A DNA stretch of 63,881 bases, counting the filler, from Piptocephalis cylindrospora (lineage: Eukaryota), in assembly GCA_003614145.1 (NCBI GenBank). It is 8 parts of 8 records of this genome, joined end to end, with 100 filler letters (N's around TTAATTAATTAA, not from the genome) between each part and the next. Parts side by side here need not be neighbours in the genome. Positions count along the whole stretch, not along the records: positions 40,286 to 48,050 come from KZ988181.1; positions 48,151 to 56,004 come from KZ988182.1; positions 56,105 to 63,881 come from KZ988183.1; 5 more parts are not named here. One strand, 5' to 3'. Positions within the stretch are counted from its first letter, which is position 1; the number at the start of each line of letters is the position of its first letter. Below are positions 46,466 through 58,659 of the stretch, in pieces. The notes beneath the pieces were generated by a model. That model was not told the origin of the DNA, searched no databases, and saw only the letters and a program-made list of their open reading frames with translations. The translations under genes and the position numbers were made by a program.

Positions 46466-46799
46466 TATCACCCGCTCTTGTCTGTCAGGCTCCGCTTCCT
46501 TGTTATTATGGTGACTTGCCCATTTATGCAACCAGTCAAGTTCAAGTGAGGTATTGAGTCTCGAACATCCCGGATCCTGAGACATCTCTCTTTCTTCTTT
46601 CATCTCGTCTCGTGTCATCATCATTCTCCTCTAGCGCAAGGGTAAATACCCAAAGTAACTTGCTCTTTTTCCTCAAAGAAATCACACACGTCCCTCCCCC
46701 CCCCTCTTGTTTCACTGAGACCCTGGTTAGCAACCTTGGTCCAGCCCATCCTCGACATCCTAGCCGACTCTCTCGCTTCCTCTCCTCTCCTTCTTCAGC

Positions 46800-47968
46800 A
46801 TGGACTGTACCGTATGCGGGAATCGACATCAGCATCTACAGTGCGTTTCGTGCATTCAAGCGCTGTAAGTGACTCTCCATGGCGGATACAGGGAGATCTC
46901 TTACTTTTCCTCCTGTCCTTTTAGGCAAGCCGTTCATTTAGATCGGTTCAGAAGGGCTCGTAAGGAGAGAGATATTCGGCAGGCCAGAGTTAATCACTAC
47001 TTGAAATCCCAAGGCAACACATCCAGGCTACGACCCATCCATCAGGAGGTCAAGGCATTAGAGGTGGAACAGCTGCGTCAACGACTTTCCTCCCTTCAGG
47101 CCGACGTGACGACGTGTCAGGAGAGGCTGCAGGAGCAAAAGAACGCCTTACACGAACGTCGAGACCGCATTACCCGAGCTCATCAAGCCATCCCCGAGCG
47201 GGTGGAGGAGAGTAGGGAGGGAGCCTTGCGTCGCATGGCCCATCTCATCCGAAAGGCCTCCTCCCGTCATCACACACTTCATACTTACCGACGACGCCTT
47301 CTCCAATGCCTTCTCCCTATCTATGATCTCACCTGGGAGGGATGCCTCCATCCTGAGGATCAATCGACTTTACAAAAGGATATGGACTCTAGGGAAGGAT
47401 TTGGTGCTAGACAAAGGTCCAGGGTCAGGGAAGTCACCATTCTTGGCTTGCCTCTCGATTGTTCCTCCGGCTGGTCAGGTATCGAAGAGGATAAAAGTTG
47501 AATGTAATTTGCTTTTCACCCACTCACTCGCTCCCGTGCCCCATAGCTTATCCAAGAGAGGAATTCAACTTGGCCGTATCGGCCATGGCAAGACTAGTCG
47601 GCTCCATGTCAAAATATCTGGGATATCCCTTACCCTTTCGTATGGGCCATGAAGTGGGGGATCCTTGGATAGAGCCTTCCACCCTCTCCTTGACGATGAA
47701 AAGGTACGTCAAGTATGCCTATTCATGTTGCTACTATGAAGAGGGGAAAGGATGCTTGGGTGGCCAGAGCCTCATCCTCCCTTCCCATCCTAGATGTCCC
47801 TTGCGACTTGAAGGAAAGGAAAGCAGCTCTTTTCTGCATGGCCTCACCATGCTCTGTATCAACGTCACCTCCTTGGCCCATGCCATGGGTCTTCCTGACC
47901 TTACCGAGGCTCAGGCCTTACATCCTCTCAATACCCTTTCCCTTGCCGTCCATCACTACCTAGGGTGA
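46800..47968 (+). CDS. ATG14: Atg14/UVRAG-family PI3K-complex subunit, multi-exon (3' end uncertain)
   Basis: MDCTVC...QCVSC cysteine pairs, coiled coil, ILGLPL, SKYLGYPLPF, FLHGLTMLCINVTSL. A possible further donor lies near 47964. Confidence 0.72.
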
Positions 47969-48050
47969 GTCGTGTGCAATGAATGAGGCATGTGATCTGC
48001 ATCCCTAAAAATCGCCTTACATCTTCCCCTCCTTCCCTCTGCCTGGTAGA

Positions 48051-48150
48051 NNNNNNNNNNNNNNNNNNNNNNNNNNNNNNNNNNNNNNNNNNNNTTAATT
48101 AATTAANNNNNNNNNNNNNNNNNNNNNNNNNNNNNNNNNNNNNNNNNNNN
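48051..48150. other. Artificial contig linker
   Basis: N44-TTAATTAATTAA-N44. Confidence 0.99.
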
Positions 48151-48423
48151 CCAATATTTAGACGACATCCCTCCACAAGAGCATTAGTTTCCTTCATCTC
48201 TTTCAACCAGCTCCAAGGAGGATGCAGTTACCAAAGGAATCCGTGTGCTCAATATTCTAGCCAAGAAACTTCGTGCCCGTCGTATGGAACGAGGGGCTCT
48301 GACCTTGGCTAGTCCCGAAGTGAGGTTTGCCCTGGAAAATGACTCGCAAGACCCTGTAGATGTGGAGATGAAAGAGATGAAGGAAACTAATGCTCTTGTG
48401 GAGGGATGTCGTCTAAATATTGG
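48151..48423. repeat. Fold-back duplication of DIS3 sequence at the contig start
   Basis: About 48198-48403 is the reverse complement of about 48567-48772, and 48151-48200 is the reverse complement of about 48374-48423. Confidence 0.92.
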
Positions 48424-50943
48424 TGGTAATAATAAGTGAGTAAGCTTAACATGAGCATACCCAGCGTCCTTTTCCGAAAAAAAGACAACATACCGAAGCA
48501 TAGAGGCCTCGGGGAACCGGGAAAATATTTTTTCAGCCACAGAAATGTTAGCCAACAACATGAACTCCTCCACAAGAGCATTAGTTTCCTTCATCTCTTT
48601 CATCTCCACATCTACAGGGTCTTGCGAGTCATTTTCCAGGGCAAACCTCACTTCGGGACTAGCCAAGGTCAGAGCCCCTCGTTCCATACGACGGGCACGA
48701 AGTTTCTTGGCTAGAATATTGAGCACACGGATTCCTTTGGTAACTGCATCCTCCTTGGAGCTGGTTGAAAGAGAAAGGGTGGATAAGATACCATACTCCC
48801 CCCTATCTATCCACAATCAGGCTCTCCCCTAGACTTACGGATCATCTATACGCAGCTGGGCCTCCTCGTAAGTTAGAGAAGCCTTACTAGCAATGACGCT
48901 CTTGGTAAACTCTACACCGACAATCTGGGCATCTGGGGTCATCTCCCACAGGCAGGAAAAAGCCAAACGCTCCACGTTGGATCGAAGGGAACACAGGTTG
49001 GTACCAAGGAGAGAGGGGAGCATGTCAATACGTTTGTTGACTAGATACACTGTAGTTCCTCGACTGGCAGCTTCCACGTCCATGGGTGTACCTGGCCGGA
49101 CAAAATGAGTAACGTCGGCAATATGGACGCCCACTTGATAGTTGCCATTGGGGAGAGTTTGGACATGGAGGGCATCATCAATATCCGTACATCCTGGGGG
49201 ATCAATGCTACAGATGGGAAGGTCTCGTAGATCCCGGCGACCTTGGGCAAGATGAGCATCCTGCACCACCCAGTTCTCGCCTTCCTCCGGGAGACAGGCC
49301 AGGACCTTTCGGGAGAATTCCCCGTGAGGGCAGTCGTGTTCAAGGAGAAGGACTTCGGTCTCTGTGTCTTTGTCCCCAACTGCACCTAAAGCTCGAACAA
49401 AGTGACCCATTGGATATCTAGGAAGAAGAGGTGAGATGAAGTGAGAATAGAAAGCAACAACATCAAGGGACATGTCCCAAATGTCCCAAAATATTAGGTA
49501 TTGTAGACGTACTTGGAAGTCTCGGCCCAAGAATCAATGGTGACAACGATGCGTTGACCGAGAAGAAGACCAGCTTGACGGGTGCGAAGACGGATCTTGG
49601 GGAGACGACGGTCCATAGCGAAGAAAAGAACATTCTGATAGGACATGGTCTGATCCAACTTGACGGTACGACGGTCAATGAAGCCGCAGTAGTGTCTCCA
49701 TTGCCGACGGACAATCCCGACCACCTTGGCCGTGGGCTGTGGAGGGCTTTTGACCGCTTCCTCATGCGAAGACACATCCTTCATCTCCTCATCTGGCGAT
49801 AAGGTCTTGCGTCTCTTGGCTTCCCTAGGACTTTTTCCCTCTTCATCTCCCTTAGCCTCTTCCTCATCCTCTGTGGGGAAAGGGAATATGTACTATGAGT
49901 TAGAGAGAAATATTTATGAGGATATTACCCTCTCTATCCCTTACCTTCTTCCTCAACCACTGAGGTCGGTGTCGTTCTCCATTCCTCCTTGGGAAGAAGC
50001 TGAACGGCAACGACATCACCTTGAGTGGCGCGGTTAAGATGGGTACGACCAAGGATAAGGACGGACTGCTCAATCCCCTGGATCTTGGTGTAGATGGAGC
50101 CCTCTAGGTAATTGTGCTGGCTAATATTCAGAGTACCCTGGAGAAGATTGCCTGACTTGACACCCGAGGAGATAGCAAGAGGGGAGATGTGGTGTGGATA
50201 AGAGAACTTGGGGGCCTCGCCTGTCCCTTCGAGATCGCCATCAGTATCATGGACAATGACATCCAAGAGCTCTGGGTGATCAGGAAGGCCTTGGACATAC
50301 TCGAGGACCGAGGTGGATGGGATATGAGAAGCGTTGGCACGCAACCGGTTTTCAGTGTCATTACTAAGCATGATGACCTGGATACCAGCAGGGGTCAGAT
50401 GCTCCGTGTACCACTTGGTGGCGACACGGATGGCACGGTCATTGCGGTCATTGGGAGATTCCTCTGGGAGCCTCTCGACGTACGTGTCCCGATGATGCTC
50501 ATTGGAGAAGAGACAAAAGTGACGGTCGGCGTCGTCCATTAGAACCTTGAGACGAGCGGCCATGGCAGCCGATCGGTGCTTCACCTCTTCTAAAACCACT
50601 TGTAGAACAATGATGTTGGTGAGGAAAGGCTTCTCAAGGAGGTCCATCTACATGAGTGGGGGGGAAGGTGGGTTCAGGATCAGTCTGGAGATGGGGCTCC
50701 TCTGGTAAGAATATTTACCTGGTGCAAAAACACATTAGTGTCGGGGATCAGGTAATGAGGCTTCGGGAAGGCGGTGTTAGGGTAGGTTGGGGGGTCTGAG
50801 GCCAAGATGGGGGGCGTGAGGTGAGTGCAAGTCGTGCAGGCCTTGGAGGAACAAGAGATGTCATCGCGCAAGTAGTGCTCCTTGACCACCTTGACCACGT
50901 TTCCCTTTTTATTTCTGTGGACAAAGGCCTTTGAACGAAGCAT
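48400..50943 (-). CDS. DIS3: Exosome catalytic subunit Dis3/Rrp44 (PIN + CSD + RNB), 3' truncated, multi-exon
   Basis: [68 protein letters not shown]. Confidence 0.97.
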
Positions 50944-53154
50944 TGGGTCGGGATGGGGTAAGGGAAAGGAGGGGAGATGGAGGAGATAAAGAAGGTCAAA
51001 CGCGAATGTCTGAAGAGTGTCGATCTCCTGGAGCGTTAAAATGAGTAGTATGTGAGAGGAGCCCCTAGCGCGTCGAAGAAAAAAGAAAATAAATGGTTTT
51101 GGCGTGCATTTATCAATGTGGAATGATACCTATGCCTTAGTATCAAACCTAGGACTGTAATTACATTTAATCACAAAGATGAGCCCCATCCCAAGACCAA
51201 TATTTAAAACTATATAGATAGACCTTTTTCAATGAGAGCTGTTCATTCATCTCTGCATGACTATTATTATTAGGGGGAATTTTGCTCTGCTGTTTCTGGT
51301 CAGGACTATATAGCGTCAGGCCTGTATAATTTTACTTTTAATGAGCGTTACATTTTGAATGAGTATTTCCTCCCCAATGAAAAAATTAATTCTTTGGATC
51401 TATCCTCTTGACCCATCTTATCTCCAAAGGCTATGAAAGGAAAATAGCGAGCAAACGCGCGAAGGCCAAGACCCAACTCCCCCGGACGCATGCCTAATCT
51501 TGGTTTAAAAATCCGACGAATTCCACGACAAAAATACCTCTTTTTCATTCTGGACTTGCGCTTTGTTGGACATTTGTGGCACGGTGTCTGTGACCTTTCA
51601 ACGCCACTACTGGTATCAAATTGCACTCACCAGCTCGCCCCACAGCTGGAAAGGAACAGAAGCGAGGGATTGATTGGCGCGGCAGCACGAAGGCCTGGGG
51701 TGAGGCTGTCAGACTTTGTGCGGTATGAAAGAGAAAGGGCCAAGGTAGGGGGACGCCCCTCCCCCAGGGCTGGGTTGCATCACGTTTGTTTTGGGGCGTG
51801 AGCATTGGATAAAGCGCAAGGGTGGGATCAATTGAATGGGTATAAGCATCCTTCCCCAATTCCTCAGGGCAAGAGATATTGGATAACGGGGGGGAGGGGG
51901 AGGTAAGGACATGGTGTACAATAAGATACCAAGGAACAAGGGCAAGGGCTGCACGCTAATGACCTGTTTGGTGGTAACATCACATCCTGTCCAAACCACA
52001 CTATTTTTATTGCCTTCCCCCAACAACATAACTAGTGTCTACTGCGTCTTTTTCAAGCCATAGGGGGGAAGGGCATGGAACATTGATGTTCATGCACCTC
52101 TATGTCCATTATTCCCATCCCCACTTTGGGAGGAAAGAATCAAAAAAGACAGCCGACTTCTCATGAGTAGACAAGATATAGAGAACATTTCAAGAAGTGT
52201 GATACGATCCGGATGGGCATGCGGACACGAATCCTTATGCGATTGACATCCTTCCAGGCCCCTGATGAGTCCACCGGGAACTCTAGGGGCGAATCGAACA
52301 TAATCATCAGAGGAGAGGGGAGAGCATTATTGAGACCATTTCCTCACTCCCAACTTTAATTATTATTCCCATATCCTAGGAGAACGGAGATGGTGCGGAA
52401 CTTGGTAGGTATCTCAAGATAATACTGAAAGGAAGCGTGTCATCAAAGGATGGAAAATTCACTTGGTGTGTGGGCCCGGGAAAAAGAAAACAGCACATGT
52501 CCATTCAAAAAAAAATGGGGCTTGGAAATGGGGTTTCAGTCCTAGTAGTGTGGCCAGGATGCAGTGACCCGCCGGCTCTGGGGCGAGAGGAGGCTGTGCA
52601 CACAACTAGGGCTTTTTTTTGCAAGGGACACTCACTGACAAACTCATCTGGCAGCCCCAAAATGATGACAACCTCCCGCCCCCAAGATTTCTCGCGGGAA
52701 TAGGCTCCCATCCCCCTTTTACTCCTTCTGGATGGCATTTCTTTTTGATACAGATATCTTCCCGCCGCCCGGAACCCCAAGACTCGGCCAACCAAGCCTC
52801 CGACTGCGGGGAATCCATCGGCTCCACTCGGTTCCTCCCCTTCATTATTCCTAGTCTCTTCCCCCTTCACCCCATCCAATGTCCCAGAACCAGTCCCATT
52901 CTCCCCCACGCCTTTATCGCCTATCTCCCCTTACCGGGAAGTATAAAAGCTGGACCCTCTTCCCACCCTTGAGCCCCCCGAATTAGTCGGACAGAAGCTT
53001 CATCCGCCCCTAACCGCCCTTTCCTCGTCTTCTTGTTCCCTCTCATCTTTTTCTAGTACTCGTTGCTGGTCCCTTTTTTTCTCGTATCAGTTCACCCGTA
53101 CCCCATACGGCATTTTCCTACATTTACATACCCTCATTCATTCATTCATCGATC

Positions 53155-54048
53155 ATGGCTGGGGTCAATGCTACTCTCGAACTCACATATGAGTCTCTGC
53201 CCGCATGGGCCCAGGGCGAGGTGCCTTTCCCAGATTATTATGAACTATTGATGAGCCCCATCATGCCCTTTGGGGTGGCCGCAGTCTACCTTGCCCTGGT
53301 CATGGCGCTTAATCCATCGGCGGCCAAGGTTCGTCTTTCCCGGGCTGAGATTACGCGCAAGGGCGGCAAGAGTTCAGGATCCTCGAGTGGTTCACTCATG
53401 ACCGCAGTCGTTGTCCTGCACAACTTGATTCTGTGCATCTACTCAGCTTGGAGCATGATCGGAGCTTACACTATGCTACGGGACAGCTTTGTGGAGCGTC
53501 CCTTCTGGGATGCCGTTTGTGATCCGTATGGTGAACGGTGGGTCGACCGAGGTCTCTTCAAGTACTCGTACATCTTCTACCTCTCCAAGTACTATGAACT
53601 CATTGACACCGCCATTATCCTGATCAAGGGCCGCCGATGCTCCTTCCTCCAAGCCTACCATCACGCCGGAGTCATTCCCGTCATGTGGATCAATACCCTC
53701 ATGGGCTCCTCCCCCGTCTGGATCTTTGTCCTGTTCAACTCGACCGTCCATACCGTCATGTACTTTTACTACATGTTCACCGCCCTCGGCGTTTACATTC
53801 CCGGCAAGCAATATCTTACCCGCCTCCAGATCACTCAGTTCCTCGTCGGTACATCCCTAGCTCTCTCCTATATCGCCGTTCCCAAGTGCCTGACCCCGAC
53901 TCAGAAGATTGCTGTGTGGGGCGATGTCCTCTACCTTCTTCCCCTTATCTACCTCTTCTTCGACTTTGCCCGTAGAACCTATGGTGCCCATGGGAACAAG
54001 GCTCTTTCTGTGGAGGCGCTTGCTCAGGCCAAGATCAAAGCCCAGTAA
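53155..54048 (+). CDS. Fatty-acid elongase (ELO, GNS1/SUR4 family)
   Basis: FYLSKYYELIDT, FLQAYHH, NSTVHTVMYFYY, TRLQITQF, C-terminal dilysine-like KIKAQ. Confidence 0.93.
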   Translation: MAGVNATLELTYESLPAWAQGEVPFPDYYELLMSPIMPFGVAAVYLALVMALNPSAAKVRLSRAEITRKGGKSSGSSSGSLMTAVVVLHNLILCIYSAWSMIGAYTMLRDSFVERPFWDAVCDPYGERWVDRGLFKYSYIFYLSKYYELIDTAIILIKGRRCSFLQAYHHAGVIPVMWINTLMGSSPVWIFVLFNSTVHTVMYFYYMFTALGVYIPGKQYLTRLQITQFLVGTSLALSYIAVPKCLTPTQKIAVWGDVLYLLPLIYLFFDFARRTYGAHGNKALSVEALAQAKIKAQ

Positions 54049-54376
54049 GGTTTTGAAGAGTAAATGGTGGTAATAAGGAGAAGGGAGAGAAGTATGCTTT
54101 GTGCAAGAGTATCTCTGTGAACATTTTCAATGAAACCTACGATGTACCTCCCCAAAAATGTTCATCTTTATTATTATTACTCTATTACATTCGCCGAATG
54201 AGCGCTTAGTATTTCTTTTTAAACAACTAAGCCAAACACAAAATTGCTGAGCTCATCCTATCCTAGTGTCGTGGCTGAAATCTGAAATCAGAGGGAAAAG
54301 GTGTAAACACAGGATTTAATTTTTAAACTCAATTTATCCTCCTCCATATCGGCTCCACTGTGAAAGGATACTGACT

Positions 54377-55136
54377 TCATGGCTTCATGAAGCCCTTGCG
54401 ATCCAGCATCTTTCGTTGTTTCGACGACCCTCCCTCTCCTTGGCCTTCCTTGTTAGGCTGGCCCTTTCGCTTCTTGGAAGCTGGTCTATATCTTGCTCCC
54501 CTAGCACCAATATCACTTCCATCCTCATCCCCGCCGCCTCCTCCCTTACCCAGAGCATTGACCATCTCCACTACCCCAACATCCTCCTCAGCTCCACTAG
54601 TCTTTCCTCGCTCCTGCATCTCCTTTCGGATTCGCTCGACTTCGGGATTGAATTCGCGGTACGAATGTCTCCCCACCGGAAGTTCTTTGGGTGCACCATT
54701 CCTTGCTGCCTTGTCCTTTTTCTCCTCTTCCCCCTCCTCTTCTGAATCATCATCACCAGATGAATCCGTCTCTCCTTCGACTTTATCCAGTGGATTGGTG
54801 AATGATAGGTAACTTGAATGATAAATCACTCTAGACCGAATTGAGATGGGATGTAAATACTCAAGCATATCACAACGAAATGTAATTTCCGCTTCCCGGC
54901 TAGACTTACTTGGTCGACGGGGCCAAACCAGCCTTATCCTCCTCCTTGTCCGCATCATACTCCAGATGCCATTGCTCCTCTAAAGGAATTCCTGCCGCTG
55001 CCGAGGACTTGCCAGAGCTGTCCCCGGAGGATCCTGAGGTTTCTTCGAGATCCACTGGGACAACCTGACGCCTCTGCATGAACTTCATGTTCTGCAGCGT
55101 GCTCGACATGGTCTTCTTCGGTGTTGGCGTACTCAT
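54377..55136 (-). CDS. MPP6: Nuclear exosome cofactor Mpp6-like protein
   Basis: MSSTLQNMKFMQR; intron 54909-54831 gives KVIYHSSYLSF; GRHSYREFNPEVER; ends FMKP. Confidence 0.75.
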
Positions 55137-56004
55137 CTTGAGCGTGGAAAGGATGGTGGATGAGGATTTTAGGACTGATGAATGCAGCTTTTGATGGATG
55201 CAGCCGCTCGTGTTGTGTTTTATTACTTTATCTTTTTTATAGCGTTCGCCCTCTCCCTATTGAGCAGGTAGGATAGAGGAGACATCACCTGCAATCTAAG
55301 GATGTCTGGGCCGGTTTTGGCACTTTAAAACCCCATTTGTTTTCTGGCCTCCATACCTCAACTATGTTGTTATCCTGTAGGGTTTAACAGAGAAGCCAGC
55401 TTTGACACTCATCGCTCCTCCAACCCTCTATAGAATAAATCTGGAAAAAATTCAATTTCCATTAAAACGTGGCCCGGCGGTTTGGACAAAATGTAAAGTC
55501 CTAGGTTTAATACTGATATGGCGATTTGGTCAAAAGAACACCTCAGCGACTCTTGCACGCTTAATTCCTCTCTAAATTTCCCTACTTTTTTGAAATGTTC
55601 CTCAGGTGTGTTTCTCCATAAGCCAATAAGTTTTTATACAATCAAAAGAGCGTCTCAGGTCTGGAATCACCGCAAGACGATATAGGTCTACGCTCGCACA
55701 CTCCCAAGCATCATTAGCCAATGTGTGCATACCCTTCCTCTCCCATGTCCGAGGAGGGAGGACGATGATATGGCTCACTGGCTCATTCCCCCTTCCCCCC
55801 GTTCTGAGGCCGATGAGGGGTGATGAGAGAAGGGTGTGAAGAGCACACCACACTATAAATGAAGTAACATAATTTCTCTTGGCAACATCACACTCACAAT
55901 CCTCCACTTATTTCTTCTTCCTTTCCCCGCTCCCCCTTCTTCAGCCCCACCTCCACCACCACTGCCGTATCGATCGTGATCCCGAGCATCGTAGTGTCTG
56001 GAGG

Positions 56005-56104
56005 NNNNNNNNNNNNNNNNNNNNNNNNNNNNNNNNNNNNNNNNNNNNTTAATTAATTAANNNNNNNNNNNNNNNNNNNNNNNNNNNNNNNNNNNNNNNN
56101 NNNN
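56005..56104. other. Artificial contig linker
   Basis: N44-TTAATTAATTAA-N44. Confidence 0.99.
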
Positions 56105-57254
56105 CACGGTGGTGCGGTCCTTTATCCTGAAACCGCTGTACTTTTGGTACCGATCTCCACTCAAGCTCTTTCGGCCAGTTCGCGTAGATTACCTGGTTAT
56201 GGCCCGGGCCGTGACCTCGGCCCCCTCCACCACCGCCCTGGTCCCCTCTAAGGGTGGAGGGCAGGGCCGACTTCGGGCCAGGTGGGAGGCTTCCAGTCTA
56301 GGGCTAGTACTGGCGGCGATCAAACAGGAGGGCTGGTACTTTTTCCCCCGACATATCCTCCCGCCTCTCCTGGCCAATTCACTGTGCGGCGCCGTCCTCT
56401 TTAACGTGTACGCCGCCCTCACCCCTACTCCGGCAACCTTCACCGAGGAGGAAGAAGAGGAGGGATGGAATGGCCAGAAGGAGGGTCGAGTTATCCAGGT
56501 GACACCAGACCCATCAATCTGGAGATATTATGCGGCAGGGGCGGTGGCCGGGGCCTCTCATGCCCTGGTGGCTGCGCCCATGGACGCGTTGCAGGTGAGG
56601 ATGGAGGTGAAGGAGATGCTGGATCGAAAGCACCCAGGGATTTGGAGATGGGCCGTGAAGAGCCTACGAGACATGGGATATCTCCAAGCCTATCGTGGAT
56701 TTACCCTGACATGCAGCAAGGTATGGATAATACTCCCTTGATGCGCTCTTCTAGCGGTGATCCTCATCTTTTTTTCCCCTCACTAGGACGCTCTAGGATA
56801 CGGGGTGTTCTTTGGGGTGTATGAAAGCACCCGTGCGGCCCTCTTGCAGCATCGTTCCGCTCTCTTTTCCTCAGCCAAGGTGCCCAATCCATTTACACAG
56901 GATAGTATTATTTATAATGTGTTGTGTACTTTGGTGGCCGGGGCGACGGCCGGGGCAGCCTATCAACTGGTAGATCATCCTTTGGACCGTGTTCGCTCCG
57001 TCCTCATCCTATCGGACTCGGGGGTGACGGCTCATGGCTCGATTTACCGAGCTTCATACCATCGGTGGAGGCGAATCCTGGGATTGGATACGATGGAGGC
57101 GTCTGGGTGGGCCAGGACCAAGGTGGGATGGCGATGGTGCTGGGAGGGCTTTGGAGCCAGTGTTCTCAAGGCTGCTCCTGCTACCAGCATTGGTCTTCTC
57201 TGTTATGAGCTGCTTCGACGGGAGATTACTTCCCCTCACTATGTGGCTTCTTGA
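56105..57254 (+). CDS. Atypical mitochondrial carrier (YFR045W/Mrx20-like), 5' truncated
   Basis: RSPLKLFRPVRVDY, ILPPLLANS, APMDALQVR, HPLDRVRS, KAAPATSIGL. One intron at about 56721-56786. Confidence 0.8.
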
Positions 57255-57450
57255 GATTCCTGGTAGAGGGGCCATGGGACATGTCCATGTGTACTTTTAC
57301 TTTTGGTGTGTATCTCCTTTCCATGCATGGGGATGAGGATGAGATGAAACGAGCCCAGCCCCAACTCTTTTACTTTCAACACACAAACAGGATGGGGAAG
57401 GGACAGTGCATGGTGATGATGATGATTACGATAGCATAGAGCATTCCAAG

Positions 57451-58452
57451 TCATGCCTTCACCCGAGGCTTAACATCAGAATCAGTCAGTTCCTTGATCC
57501 ATACACTCTCGGGAGGATGATCCCGCTCACCCTCGTCAAAGGTGTAGGAAGCAGCGACGGCTAGACGCGTCCCATCGGGGGAAAAGTCCAAGCTGGCCAC
57601 GGATGTGGTGTACCGAGGCAGCTGACGCACCCTCTTCTTCTTCTTCCCATCCCATACATGGACCACACCATCGGAGCCTCCGCTGGCAAAGGTCCCATGG
57701 GTAGGGTGGAAGGCCAGAGCGTTGACCGGGTAGACCACGTCAACGCCATCAGGTCCGGTCTGTCGATGGCACTTGAACGCATACTTTTTGGCCTGGACGT
57801 CGTCGGCCGGGTCGAAGAACTCGACGGAGATGCGACCTTCGATACTGCCACTGGCATAGCCCTCTCCTGAGGGCATGCACCGAAGGGATCGGGTCTGGTA
57901 CCGAAGGGAAGATTCCCGCCGCTGTTCTGGCTCCTTGGTGGAGCGAAGGTCGTACACATAAACGTGTCGCTCAGCCGTCGCCACCACCACCCGGTTCCCC
58001 ACGCCCGATAGGGCAAATGCCTTGGCCGGAAGCTTGAGGCTGGTGGGAGAGGCCTCAGTGGGGGAGGAACGGGGGTCCACTAGGTTCAGCCGGGCATCCC
58101 AGCCGGCTGAGCAGGTCAGATGGTGCTGAGGACTGTGGTAGACACACCGAACGGCATCGTCGTGACGGAGGAGGACGTCGCCCTGACCGGTCTCGACATC
58201 CCAGAACCTGACGGTCCGATCCAGCCCCCCAGACACCAGGTTCCTATCTGTGTCGGTAAAGGTGGAGGAGAGGACGGCCGAGGGATGGCTCAACTCTTGC
58301 CTCTTCTCTCCCGTACTCGCCTGGTACACATGGACCTTTCCGTCCCAGGAGGCCGCTCCGAGCAGGGCGGAAGAGGGGGAGAAATGCACGGTGGAGATCC
58401 CATCCTTTGGGGCTTCTGGGAGTTGAAAGTCTGCAGCCGTTGGCTTTTCCAT
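57451..58452 (-). CDS. BUB3: Spindle checkpoint WD40 protein Bub3
   Basis: RESSLRYQTR, SIEGRISVEFFD, KKYAFKCHR, YPVNALAFHP, GTFASGGSDG, LAVAASY. Confidence 0.93.
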   Translation of the reverse strand: MEKPTAADFQLPEAPKDGISTVHFSPSSALLGAASWDGKVHVYQASTGEKRQELSHPSAVLSSTFTDTDRNLVSGGLDRTVRFWDVETGQGDVLLRHDDAVRCVYHSPQHHLTCSAGWDARLNLVDPRSSPTEASPTSLKLPAKAFALSGVGNRVVVATAERHVYVYDLRSTKEPEQRRESSLRYQTRSLRCMPSGEGYASGSIEGRISVEFFDPADDVQAKKYAFKCHRQTGPDGVDVVYPVNALAFHPTHGTFASGGSDGVVHVWDGKKKKRVRQLPRYTTSVASLDFSPDGTRLAVAASYTFDEGERDHPPESVWIKELTDSDVKPRVKA

Positions 58453-58659
58453 GTTGGATGATGTACTTTAAAAGGAGGGGAATCAAGGGAACTCAAGGGA
58501 GAGGGACCGGATAGAGCCGGCAAAATACACTTTGTTTTCTTTTGGACTGTTTGTGGAGACGGATGTGAAAAGATACACATTGAAAAGAGGGGGATCGGGA
58601 GGAGCTTGTTTCTCAGACCTTGGCCATCGGCACTTTTCCTTTTTACACTACACCACGAC

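Noticed and set aside
51450..51801. GC-rich patch with a few stems and CCCCGGAC, considered as RNase MRP RNA or a 103-aa ORF
   Set aside because: Lacks the GAAAG-preceded P4 motif and matching 3' strand; the ORF has no recognisable domain.
8011..56104. Regularly spaced TTAATTAATTAA motif about every 8 kb
   Set aside because: Artificial six-frame-stop linker between contigs; gene neighbourhoods across linkers are meaningless.
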